NCBI GenBank assembly: GCA_964368275.1
Contig: CAYJAQ010000002.1
Span: 1-59,254, forward strand
Length of the DNA: 59,254 nucleotides
From: an uncultured Staphylococcaceae bacterium
Lineage (GTDB): Bacteria > Bacillota_I > Bacilli_A > ML615J-28 > CAG-313
Direction of reading: 5' to 3'
Position numbers and translations under genes: made by a program. The notes beneath the pieces were generated by a model. That model saw nothing but the letters and a program-made list of their open reading frames with translations, was not told the origin of the DNA and made no database searches. Within the stretch, counting starts at the first letter, position 1. Each line of letters begins with the position of its first letter. This document shows, in pieces, positions 46,674 to 55,941 of this stretch.

Positions 46674-46682
46674 ACTTTTCAC

Positions 46683-47441
46683 CTAATTAGAACTAGTGAT
46701 TTCCTTAACAGGAGCACCAATCTTCTTTTCTATAGCCATTAAGATCTTTGATAATGAGAAAGTTAGCAATAAATAGATAGCCGCTGCAATCAACATACTT
46801 TCTAGTTGGAATAAAGTCTTCCCGCCAGCTTTCGATGTCGCTGCAAACAGGTCAACAATCGTAATTGTACTAAGAACCGCCGTGTCTTTAATATTAATGA
46901 TAAACTCGTTACCAATGGCTGCCATTGAGTTTTTCAATGCTTGGGGGAAAACAACAAGGCGCATGGCTTGTGATTGTCGCATTCCCATACTACGTGCTGC
47001 TTCCATTTGGCCTATATCCACTGATTGCAAACCACCTCTAATAACTTCGGTTAAATAAGCAGTTGTATTAATTGATACTGTAAATAAACCGGCAGCAAGT
47101 GCACTCCACTGTAAACCTATACTGTAGAAACCATAGTAGAAAATAGTCGCCTGTAGAATCATAGGTGTACCACGAATCACAGTTACATAAACTTTTACAA
47201 TTGTCCGCCCAATTTTTTTTACTACTCGCATTATGCCACTATCTTGGGCATTAACTGTTTGAACACGAATTGTGCCAAAAACTAGTGCAAGTAGTAATCC
47301 AACAACCGTTCCTACTATTGATAAAAGAATTGTTATACCAATACCTTGTAAGATTAATTGCCACCAATCACGAATAATTACAACAAAGGGATTAATCAAT
47401 TTACCAAAGAAGGAATTGGCTAATACTAATGAACTAGCCAT
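46683..47441 (-). CDS. Polar amino acid ABC transporter permease (HisM/GlnP family)
   Basis: BPD_transp_1 with the EAA motif region (EAARSMGMRQSQAMRLVVFPQA). Confidence 0.9.
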   Translation of the reverse strand: MASSLVLANSFFGKLINPFVVIIRDWWQLILQGIGITILLSIVGTVVGLLLALVFGTIRVQTVNAQDSGIMRVVKKIGRTIVKVYVTVIRGTPMILQATIFYYGFYSIGLQWSALAAGLFTVSINTTAYLTEVIRGGLQSVDIGQMEAARSMGMRQSQAMRLVVFPQALKNSMAAIGNEFIINIKDTAVLSTITIVDLFAATSKAGGKTLFQLESMLIAAAIYLLLTFSLSKILMAIEKKIGAPVKEITSSN

Positions 47442-47444
47442 ACA

Positions 47445-48293
47445 TTACTCGTTTTCTTGGCTAGCAACCGCATTTTCCATTAGTGCATTGCGAGTTTCTG
47501 TAGAAATCTTAGCAAGAGCAGCATTAATATCGGCTAATAATTCGGTATCAATATGGCGTAAACCAATTGAAACAACTGCATCAGCTTCTTCTATTTCAAA
47601 TGGAGTGTCCAAAGTGAAATATTTTAGATTGGGATAAGCTCTAACTAAACCTTTAGCAACCGGTTCTTCTAAGATTGTTACATCAACAACACCAGTATTT
47701 AATGCAAAAATTATTTCAGGTACGCTCTTTAGAGGGTTAACTTCTGTTGCACTACCACATTTTTCAACAAGTTGATTAGCAAGTTTTTCATATGTAGTAT
47801 CTGCTTGCCCCATTACTTTAGCACCTGAGAAATCAGCAAAAGTCTTAGCATCTTTATATGAACCGTTTCCATCAACTAAAACAACATGAGTTGAACGATA
47901 ATAATCATTTGTAAAGCTTATTGCTTCTTTCCGTTCTTCCGTAGGACTCATACCAGCAATAATGGCATCAATCTTACCAACTTTTAACGCAGTTGGCAAA
48001 CTCTTCCAATCGGTCATTTCAATGACAAGCTCATAACCTAATTCTGCACAAATTAGCTTCGCCATTTGAATATCGTAACCTTCAGCGTACATTCCATTTT
48101 GACCATTTACAGGGACATTACTATCTGTATCCGCTGTTTCTAACCAGTTAAATGGTGGATAATCGCACTCCAATCCAACAATCAAAGTCTTCTTACTTTC
48201 ATCGAACTTTACCTCATTCTTACAACTAGTTAATAATAATGAACCTCCAAAAACTAATAAACAAATACATAAACCTTTTAATAAATTTTTCAT
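47445..48293 (-). CDS. Amino acid ABC transporter substrate-binding lipoprotein (SBP_bac_3)
   Basis: Lipobox LLLTSC and family-3 SBP pattern. Start re-set to the ATG at 48293 (AAAGGAG SD). Confidence 0.88.
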   Translation of the reverse strand: MKNLLKGLCICLLVFGGSLLLTSCKNEVKFDESKKTLIVGLECDYPPFNWLETADTDSNVPVNGQNGMYAEGYDIQMAKLICAELGYELVIEMTDWKSLPTALKVGKIDAIIAGMSPTEERKEAISFTNDYYRSTHVVLVDGNGSYKDAKTFADFSGAKVMGQADTTYEKLANQLVEKCGSATEVNPLKSVPEIIFALNTGVVDVTILEEPVAKGLVRAYPNLKYFTLDTPFEIEEADAVVSIGLRHIDTELLADINAALAKISTETRNALMENAVASQENE

Positions 48294-48314
48294 ATTATTC
48301 TCCTTTAAAATATT

Positions 48315-48342
48315 AAAAATAAAAAGCGTCATTAGACGCTTT
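48315..48342 (-). terminator. Expression-platform terminator of the lysine-riboswitch-like leader
   Basis: AAAGCGTC-TAAT-GACGCTTT followed by TTATTTTT, about 20 nt upstream of the SD. Confidence 0.75.
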
Positions 48343-48360
48343 GAAATCACAAAAAATTAT

Positions 48361-48518
48361 CAAGCGCCTCTGCTCATAAAAGCAGGAGTGTTATTGGTGT
48401 TCCCAATAACCCCACGATTTATTTATGCCTAAACAAACCGTTCGGCGATAATTACCTTTCACAAAGTTCTCAGCATGCCTGCTCCCTTTGTTACTTTGAC
48501 GTATCGCTACCTCTATCT
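48361..48518 (-). promoter_or_regulatory. Lysine riboswitch (L-box)-like aptamer
   Basis: Minus strand contains AGAGGTAGCG...AAGTAAC...TGAAAGGTAATTATCGCCGAACGG, a 12-bp P3-like stem, GTGGGG-TTATTGG/CCAATAA-CACTCCTGC, and ...AGAGGCGC. These resemble L-box core blocks (AGAGGnGC, GAGUA, UGAAAGG, GCCGAAG, CUGGGG...CACUGUCA). I could not assign P1 cleanly. Confidence 0.55.
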
Positions 48519-48540
48519 AAAACTATTTTTATTTTTAAGT

Positions 48541-48569
48541 ATTATACCACGCAATCTTTGTTTTGTCAA
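48541..48569 (-). promoter_or_regulatory. Consensus sigma-A promoter of the L-box-like leader
   Basis: TTGACA, 17-nt spacer, TATAAT with a TGg extended -10. Confidence 0.75.
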
Positions 48570-48601
48570 GGTTTCTGGCAATGAAAGCGCATATAAAGCA
48601 A

Positions 48602-50719
48602 TTATTTCTTTTCTTTTGAATAATAGTTAGAAATAAATGTGCTGAAATCTTCAACAGGTAAAGGTTTAGAGTAATAGAAACCTTGAATAACATCGCAGCC
48701 CATATTACTTAACATTTTTACTTGTTCTTCTGTTTCAACTCCCTCAGCAACTACATTCATTTTTAACTTTTTGGCCAGTTCAATAATTGTTTGGAGGATA
48801 TTGGTAGCCTTAATGTTACCAACAGAACCACGAATGAAGCCCATGTCTATTTTTAATACATCAACGTTAATTTCTTTTAACATATTAAGTGATGAATAGC
48901 CACTACCAAAATCATCCATTAATACTTCAAAACCAAGATTTTGAAGACTATTAATTGTCATTTGTAATTGTTGTGGATTATCAACATAAGCACTTTCAGT
49001 TATTTCAATCTTTAACCATTTTTTATCAATTTTATATTTCTTAATCAAATCAGTAAGCAATGTATCTAAATTAGGATTATACAAGCTAAGTCTTGAAGCA
49101 TTTACTGATACCGGTATCATTGGTAAGTGATGCTTACTACGCTCATGAAGGTACTTACATACTTCTTCCCAAACATAATAGTCTAGTTTTGAAATATAAC
49201 CATTTTGTTCGAAAATAGGAATAAACATACCAGGTGAAATAATTCCTCTTTCAGGATGACGCCATCTAACAAGAGCCTCTGAGCTAACTGGTTTTTCTTG
49301 AGCAACTGAAAAAATCGGTTGATAATACACAACAAATTGTCGTTCCTTAATTGCCTCTTCTACCATGCTTAGTATATCATGCTTATTCATGTATTCCATT
49401 CTAATATATTCATCATAGACTTTGAACTTAGTGGTATACTCATCTTTTATGCTTTGAAGAGCCATATTAGCACGTACACACATTGTTTCAATATCTAATT
49501 CAGGTTCTGTTATATGATAAATTCCAGCTGCTAGTCTAATCATGATTGGTACATCGGCCTTTTCATTTATTTCATTTTCTAAATCTTGCAATAATGTTAA
49601 CACATCAAAATAATTCTTCTCTGCACATATTGCAAAGCGATCAGCTTCAATTCGACCATAAGTACCATTATACATAACTCGCTTTTCAATAGCACGAGCT
49701 AGTTTACGTAAAACTTTAGCAAAAGCTTCAGGACCTAACAAGTCACTAAGAACTTTGGAATCAATAATATTTACTTTGATAATCTCAAATTCTTTATCGT
49801 TTAAACGTTCTAGCAAACTTCTCGTTGTGCTATAGAACGCATAATCGTTATAAATACCAGTTATCATATCATGGTTAGCCCGAAATTTCATTTCAACTAA
49901 AGCTAATTTTTTATCTTGTTCAGCTTGTTTAATGTTAGAAACGTCAGTAATAATTACTAAAACTACTGGGTTGCTATTATCTGGATAATCTATAACATCA
50001 CCCGTCATGCTTCCCCAATGGGCCGTGCCATCAACGTGATGAAAACGGAATTCAACATTAACACTTTCACGATTATTTATCGTATTAATTACTTCATTTA
50101 GAACTCGCTCACGATCTTCTTCAACGACTAAATCAAATTGATTATGGTTTAGTTTTTTAAACTCCTTTTGGGTAAGACCATACAAATTGTAGTAACCAGT
50201 ACTACCATATAAAAGTTGAGCTTCTTTTTTATCATTTATAGCTACTAGTGCAACACCACCATCTAGATTATCTACAATTGTTCTCAATTGTACTTGGGCT
50301 TGATTTTGTTCACGCAAAATAGTATTTTCAATCTTTGTTTGTTCTAACTCACGTTTATTAATTGCATTAAGCACGCGCTTACGCATAATTCTACTATCAT
50401 ATGGCTTTTGAATTACATCATACGCTCCTAAATCAAAAAGGGTAGTTTCGCTATCCGCATCACTCATTACAGTAACTACGATAATTGGAATATTCGAATA
50501 GACGGGGTCCTTTGTCATCACATCAAGTACAGCATAGCCATCTACAACTGGCATAATTATATCTAGCACCACAGCCGAAATATCGTCAGACCGTTCTTTT
50601 AAGATGTCAAAAACCTCTTGGCCATTTTTAGCTTCAAGTATTTCAAAATTATCTTTTAGTATTTCTCTTGCTAAAAGCCGATTTACTCGATTGTCATCAG
50701 CAATAATGATTGCTTTCAT
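48602..50719 (-). CDS. Response-regulator receiver-PAS-GGDEF(degenerate)-EAL protein (likely c-di-GMP phosphodiesterase)
   Basis: REC domain (DDN..., VLDIIMP). PAS domain. The GGDEF site reads GRIEADRF. EAL motifs are intact (EALVRW, VNAS, EITES, DDFGSGYSS, KID, EGVE). Confidence 0.88.
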   Translation of the reverse strand: MKAIIIADDNRVNRLLAREILKDNFEILEAKNGQEVFDILKERSDDISAVVLDIIMPVVDGYAVLDVMTKDPVYSNIPIIVVTVMSDADSETTLFDLGAYDVIQKPYDSRIMRKRVLNAINKRELEQTKIENTILREQNQAQVQLRTIVDNLDGGVALVAINDKKEAQLLYGSTGYYNLYGLTQKEFKKLNHNQFDLVVEEDRERVLNEVINTINNRESVNVEFRFHHVDGTAHWGSMTGDVIDYPDNSNPVVLVIITDVSNIKQAEQDKKLALVEMKFRANHDMITGIYNDYAFYSTTRSLLERLNDKEFEIIKVNIIDSKVLSDLLGPEAFAKVLRKLARAIEKRVMYNGTYGRIEADRFAICAEKNYFDVLTLLQDLENEINEKADVPIMIRLAAGIYHITEPELDIETMCVRANMALQSIKDEYTTKFKVYDEYIRMEYMNKHDILSMVEEAIKERQFVVYYQPIFSVAQEKPVSSEALVRWRHPERGIISPGMFIPIFEQNGYISKLDYYVWEEVCKYLHERSKHHLPMIPVSVNASRLSLYNPNLDTLLTDLIKKYKIDKKWLKIEITESAYVDNPQQLQMTINSLQNLGFEVLMDDFGSGYSSLNMLKEINVDVLKIDMGFIRGSVGNIKATNILQTIIELAKKLKMNVVAEGVETEEQVKMLSNMGCDVIQGFYYSKPLPVEDFSTFISNYYSKEKK

Positions 50720-50720
50720 A

Positions 50721-51074
50721 TTATTCTCCTTTTGCTAGTATTATTCCTTCATAAACGCGATGATAAGTTGCCTCAAATTCTAGAAAGCACTTATCTAAAC
50801 TTACATAATCATTGTAACGTAATTTTTCAACAATTACGCAACATTTTTTGTATAATTCGGTCATTGATAAATTTCCTACAACACCTTTTAAAGTATGGAA
50901 GTGATTGAATGCTGCTTGATAGTCTTTAGCTTTCAAAGACTTTTCGGCTTCAGCATATTCTTCATCACGTAAAAACTCGAGCAATAGCATCTGATAAAGA
51001 TCAGAATTGCCGATAAAACGTTTTAAACCATCATTATAATCAATTCCATATTGAATTAAGATTTCAATATTCAT
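50721..51074 (-). CDS. Hpt (histidine phosphotransfer) domain protein
   Basis: FHTLKGVVGNLSM motif in a 117-aa four-helix-type protein. Confidence 0.8.
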   Translation of the reverse strand: MNIEILIQYGIDYNDGLKRFIGNSDLYQMLLLEFLRDEEYAEAEKSLKAKDYQAAFNHFHTLKGVVGNLSMTELYKKCCVIVEKLRYNDYVSLDKCFLEFEATYHRVYEGIILAKGE

Positions 51075-51134
51075 ATTTCCTCCAATTTTTTACTATTAAA
51101 TTATATCACATTTTTCTATTTTTTGCCATTATTA

Positions 51135-52037
51135 TTACAAGTTTTTAACATTTTTCTTGCTTTCAACGAAGCTTTGGATCAATTGAGCAGCAATTACAGC
51201 CACAAATATAAGTAGACAACCAATTATTTCCACCATATTTAAATGCTCAGAAAGAATTAGCCAGCCACTAACAGTCGCAATAACTGCTTCTAAACTCATG
51301 ATTAAAGCAGCAATTGTGGGCGACACATGTTTTTGGGCAACAATCTGTAGGGTAAACGCAATAGCACTAGATAATAAGCCTGCATAAAGAATAGCTGGTA
51401 AAGCTTTAACAATATTGGCAAAAGTTGGTTGATTAATAATCATGGGAACGATCGCCAAAACAAAAACAACGAAAAATTGAATACAAGAAAGTTTTATAGC
51501 ATCAACATGATTGAACTTGTCCACAAGCAGAATCTGCAAAGCAAAAAAGATGCCACTAATTGCGATCAAGATTTCACCTAAACCAATTGAAAAGTTTTCA
51601 CCCGTGCAAAGTAAATATGAACCAAACAAAGCAACTACCACAAGCAACCAAATTGACCAATTTACCTGCTTTTTGAAAAAGATGCCAAGTAGTGGTACAA
51701 AGATAATGTACAATGATGTCAAGAAGCCCGATTTACCAGCATCTGTATCAAGCATTCCCACTTGTTGAGTAGTAAAGCCAATGAATAAAACAATCCCAAT
51801 GATAATAGATCCGACTATATCACTTTTACTAAAAGGAATTTTCTGTTGAGTTTCTTGATGTTTTCGTTTAACTAAGTAAGTGCAAAGTAAAACAATAAAG
51901 GCCGTTCCGCTGCGAAGTGCAATGAAAGTATACGGATCAACATAATCCATCCCCAGTTTTTGAGCAATAAACGTTGTTCCCCAAATAAGTGCTGTGATAA
52001 AGAGCAATATTGAGCCAGTAATTTTCTGTTTTTTCAT
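51135..52037 (-). CDS. DMT-superfamily (EamA) transporter
   Basis: 10-TM protein with two EamA repeats. Start/stop junction with the aspartate kinase gene. Confidence 0.85.
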   Translation of the reverse strand: MKKQKITGSILLFITALIWGTTFIAQKLGMDYVDPYTFIALRSGTAFIVLLCTYLVKRKHQETQQKIPFSKSDIVGSIIIGIVLFIGFTTQQVGMLDTDAGKSGFLTSLYIIFVPLLGIFFKKQVNWSIWLLVVVALFGSYLLCTGENFSIGLGEILIAISGIFFALQILLVDKFNHVDAIKLSCIQFFVVFVLAIVPMIINQPTFANIVKALPAILYAGLLSSAIAFTLQIVAQKHVSPTIAALIMSLEAVIATVSGWLILSEHLNMVEIIGCLLIFVAVIAAQLIQSFVESKKNVKNL

Positions 52038-53344
52038 TATTGCACCATTTTACGATAAATTGCTTTTATTGATTTCTCAAAATCGCAAGTTGCAATACCT
52101 ACAATAATATTTATTTCTTGGGCTCCTTGTGCTATCATTTTAATATTAATTTGATTACTACCAAAGATGGCAAATATTTGACCACTAATACCAGGTCTGG
52201 TAGCCATATTACGACCTACAACCGCAATCAGTGAAATATCATCATCTATTACTACATCCGTTACATCGCTCAGTGTTTTAATCTCACCTATTACTTCGTA
52301 CATACATTTGTCAATTTGTTTACTCTCCACAATAACACTAAATGAGTCAATACTAGTTGGTAAGTGTTCAACATTAACGTGATATTTTGCTAAAATAGTT
52401 AGCACATTTTGCATTACTTCAAGTTTATTGGTAGTTCTCTTCTTTGAGATTGTTAATGATTTAAAACCTTTTTTCCCAGCAATCCCCGTAATAATGTTCA
52501 TTTCCGTACTTTTTGCATTGCTAATAATAGTCCCCTCAGCACTTGGATCATTAGTATTCAAAATATGAATGGGAATACTTAGTTCTTGAATTGGAAAAAT
52601 GGTCTCCTCATGTAAAACACTAGCTCCCATGTATGATAGTTCCCGCAACTCGTCGTATGTGATAGTCTTTATTTTCTTTGGATTATCAACAATTTTCGGA
52701 TCTGTCATTAATATACCAGAAACATCAGTCCAGTTCTCATAGATTGCTGCGTTAACTGCTTGAGCAACAAGTGCCCCTGTAATATCAGAACCTCCACGTG
52801 AGAATAGTTTAATATCACCATTAGGGTAACAGCCATAAAAGCCCGGAATTACCATTTGGGGATGCTCATCATAGGCCTTTTGAATATGTTTCTTCGTTAA
52901 TTCATTGTTAACGGTACCATCATAATTAAAGGCAATTAAATCTTTAGCATCAACAAATTCATAATCTAAATAATGTGCCATCATTTGGGCGGTTAAATAC
53001 TCGCCCCTACTTACTAAGTACTCTTCAATATTACTACTTGAAAACTGTTCTTCTATTTCTGACAATGCTCCTGCTAAATCATAGTTAATTGCCAGTTCCT
53101 TTAAGATATCATAGTAGCGCTTAGTGATGCTCTGCCATAAATCATGATAATCAACTTTATATTTTAAATGAGCTGCTAATAAATAAAGCAAGTCAGTTAT
53201 TTTATTATCATCATTAATACTCTTGCCTAACGCAGAAACAATAACTATTTGCCGACTTTGGTCAGTCTTAACGATTTTTTTTACTTTTTGAAATTGTTCA
53301 GGACTAGCTAGTGATGAACCACCAAATTTTGCTACTTTAATCAT
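52037..53344 (-). CDS. Aspartate kinase (monofunctional, C-terminal ACT domains)
   Basis: MIKVAKFGGSSL and the amino-acid kinase fold. Start re-set to the ATG at 53344 (AGGAGG SD). Confidence 0.92.
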   Translation of the reverse strand: MIKVAKFGGSSLASPEQFQKVKKIVKTDQSRQIVIVSALGKSINDDNKITDLLYLLAAHLKYKVDYHDLWQSITKRYYDILKELAINYDLAGALSEIEEQFSSSNIEEYLVSRGEYLTAQMMAHYLDYEFVDAKDLIAFNYDGTVNNELTKKHIQKAYDEHPQMVIPGFYGCYPNGDIKLFSRGGSDITGALVAQAVNAAIYENWTDVSGILMTDPKIVDNPKKIKTITYDELRELSYMGASVLHEETIFPIQELSIPIHILNTNDPSAEGTIISNAKSTEMNIITGIAGKKGFKSLTISKKRTTNKLEVMQNVLTILAKYHVNVEHLPTSIDSFSVIVESKQIDKCMYEVIGEIKTLSDVTDVVIDDDISLIAVVGRNMATRPGISGQIFAIFGSNQINIKMIAQGAQEINIIVGIATCDFEKSIKAIYRKMVQ

Positions 53345-54362
53345 TATCACTTTCCTCCTTAGCAATTGTTTCAACAATACCTAACGCGATTTGTACTGCA
53401 TTAGCAGCAGCACCTTTACGAACATTATCACTAACTGAATAGAATAAAATACTATTAGGCATTGATAAATCGCGTCTTAAGCGCCCAACATAAACATTAT
53501 TATCACCTGCAGCCATGGTTGATAGTGGATATAAGCCTTTTTTAGGATCATCTACAACAACAATGCCAGGATAATTATTCCAAAGTTCGCGAATGTCCTC
53601 TAGTTCAAATGTTCTTGCAAGTTCAACCGAAATGACCACCCCATGAGCATTTTCAACAGGTACACGAATACATGTAGCTGAAATTGGTAAATCATCAGCG
53701 TGCAGAATTTTGCGTGTTTCATTAACCATTTTCATTTCTTCTTTGGTATAGCCATTATCTAAAAAATCATCAATTTGAGGAATGCAAGTCTTGCTAATGT
53801 TAGCTGGATAAAAGCTTGGCGCTTCCCCTTTTAAAGTATTTGCTAAATCATTAATACCTTTCTGACCACTGCCGCTAACCGCTTGGTAAGTAGAATACGC
53901 AATACGTTTTATGCCATATGCATCAAAAAGTGGTTTTAGCGGTAACACCGACTGAATAGTTGAACAATTGGGATTTGCAATTAGTTTTGACTTAACCAAA
54001 TAATCTGCTAAATTAACTTCCGGAATTATTAAAGCAACATCCGCTTCCATCCGAAAAGCACTAGAATTATCAATAACATACGCTCCTGCATCACGGGCAA
54101 TTGGGGCATACATTTTTGATATTGCGCCACCTGCACTAAATAATGCAAAATCAACGTTATTAAAGGCCTTTTCATTAAGTTCTTCAACATAATATGATTT
54201 ACCTTTATACTTAATTTCTTTGCCAGTACTTCTACTAGATGCAAACAAGTGCAATTCTTTTATTGGAAAATTATATTCTTCAAGCACTTTTAAAAATGTA
54301 GAACCAACCAGTCCCGTAGCGCCTACAATCGCTACATTATATTTTTTCGAACATTTCGACAT
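53337..54362 (-). CDS. asd: Aspartate-semialdehyde dehydrogenase
   Basis: VGATGLVG NAD site and NPNCSTI active-site Cys. Confidence 0.93.
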   Translation of the reverse strand: MSKCSKKYNVAIVGATGLVGSTFLKVLEEYNFPIKELHLFASSRSTGKEIKYKGKSYYVEELNEKAFNNVDFALFSAGGAISKMYAPIARDAGAYVIDNSSAFRMEADVALIIPEVNLADYLVKSKLIANPNCSTIQSVLPLKPLFDAYGIKRIAYSTYQAVSGSGQKGINDLANTLKGEAPSFYPANISKTCIPQIDDFLDNGYTKEEMKMVNETRKILHADDLPISATCIRVPVENAHGVVISVELARTFELEDIRELWNNYPGIVVVDDPKKGLYPLSTMAAGDNNVYVGRLRRDLSMPNSILFYSVSDNVRKGAAANAVQIALGIVETIAKEESDND

Positions 54363-55500
54363 TTTCTTCCTCCCATAAGCAAGCCCAGAAAATAATATGT
54401 GGGCAATTATTTATTGTCTGTTTCAATATTTTATCTGTTAAGTATACATCCCCACTAATTTTTTTATAGGGAAGTTCGATACCATCTGATTGAACAAGAT
54501 AATACTTTTTAGTATCAATATTAGTTTGGATTACCATTGACGTTTCGTCATGATAATCTTTTACGTAATTATCGTTTTGAATATTAATAATATCAGTAAC
54601 TACAGCACAAGCAGTTGGAAATGATCCAGCTCCCTTACCTATTAATTGAATAGTATTGTTATAAGTTCCTTGCCAACCAACAATATTATTTTCATCTTTG
54701 ACATTAGCAAATGGATGATCATTACTTACTACAATCGGTAACACTTCAACTGATGCTTCATTATTAACCAGTAAAGCATTAGCCAAATACTTTACGTTAA
54801 AGCCATATGATGCTATAATACGCAAAAAACTTTGATTAACACCTTTGATACTGGTAATAGCTACTTGCTCACGGTCTATTTTGCAATTGAATGCAAGAGA
54901 TGATAAGATCGTAATCTTTCGTGCTAAATCATATCCCTCAATGTCCATGGTAGGATCGCTTTCTGCAAACCCTTTCGCTTGGGCATCTTTGAGGGCTTCA
55001 CTAAAACTTTGCTTATTATCTTGCATCTTTGTTAAAATATAATTTGTCGTGCCATTTAAAATCCCCCAAACGTGATTTACCTGGTTTACTGCCAAGTTTT
55101 TAATCAAAGTTTGAATTATTGGAATGCCTCCACCTACTGACGCCTCGTATAATAAGGCCACATTTTGATCTTTCGCGATTGCTAAAAGTTCGGCTAAATT
55201 CTTGCTGATAACATCTTTATTTGCGGTAACAACATTTTTACCAGCAAGCAACGCTTTTTTTATAATCAAATAGGCAAAATCATATCCGCCTAATGTTTCA
55301 ACAACAACATTAATTGCCGGATCATGTAATATTTCTTGATAGTCACTTGTATGAAGATTACCAAGTAGAGCGGCCTTTTCCGGCTTATCAAAGACTTTCC
55401 TAACAATAATATTACGTTGAGGCAAATGGTTGATTACATCAAAAACACCACTGCCTACAGTACCAAAACCGAGAATGGCAACATTAATCACTTTTTGCAT
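54337..55500 (-). CDS. hom: Homoserine dehydrogenase (no recognisable C-terminal ACT domain)
   Basis: ILGFGTVGSGV, then the catalytic domain ...NGTTNYIL...GFAESDPTMDIEG. Confidence 0.9.
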   Translation of the reverse strand: MQKVINVAILGFGTVGSGVFDVINHLPQRNIIVRKVFDKPEKAALLGNLHTSDYQEILHDPAINVVVETLGGYDFAYLIIKKALLAGKNVVTANKDVISKNLAELLAIAKDQNVALLYEASVGGGIPIIQTLIKNLAVNQVNHVWGILNGTTNYILTKMQDNKQSFSEALKDAQAKGFAESDPTMDIEGYDLARKITILSSLAFNCKIDREQVAITSIKGVNQSFLRIIASYGFNVKYLANALLVNNEASVEVLPIVVSNDHPFANVKDENNIVGWQGTYNNTIQLIGKGAGSFPTACAVVTDIINIQNDNYVKDYHDETSMVIQTNIDTKKYYLVQSDGIELPYKKISGDVYLTDKILKQTINNCPHIIFWACLWEEENVEMFEKI

Positions 55501-55509
55501 ATTCTTCTC

Positions 55510-55941
55510 CTATTCTAGTGCTAATAGTTCAATATTTTTGACAAATGGCACTTTTTTTAACTCTTCTACTAGTTCATTAATGCTTGTTGTTAATTCGCTG
55601 ACATCAATTGCAATGGTAATATAGGCACTACCATCAATTGGCGTATCTTGATTAATTGAAACAATATTACCAGAAAAGCTAGCAATACGTGCCAAAATAT
55701 TTGACAATATCCCTTTTTCATTGCTTGATTGAAAGGCAAGTATCGCTTTGTGGCCAATATTTGACATTGGTTTAAAAACATAATCTTTATATTTATAGAA
55801 AGTAGAACGGCTTATACCAGTTTTCTTGCAAGCTTCTGAAACGCTCATCTTTTCTTCATTTATTAACTTGCGTGCTGTTATTACTACTTCATAATATTCT
55901 GGTAAGATACTCTTGTGTACTAATAGATATTCATTATTCAT
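55510..55941 (-). CDS. UPF0735/PheB-like ACT-domain protein with N-terminal HTH-like segment
   Basis: By eye it aligns along its whole length with B. subtilis PheB (…SRSTFYKYKDYVF…, then an ACT domain). Confidence 0.75.
   Translation of the reverse strand: MNNEYLLVHKSILPEYYEVVITARKLINEEKMSVSEACKKTGISRSTFYKYKDYVFKPMSNIGHKAILAFQSSNEKGILSNILARIASFSGNIVSINQDTPIDGSAYITIAIDVSELTTSINELVEELKKVPFVKNIELLALE

Noticed and set aside
54029-54244. 71-aa same-strand alternative-frame ORF inside asd, and similar internal ORFs (40597..40809 and 55590..55781)
   Set aside because: They are out-of-frame ORFs nested in strongly supported enzyme genes, with no independent translation signals.
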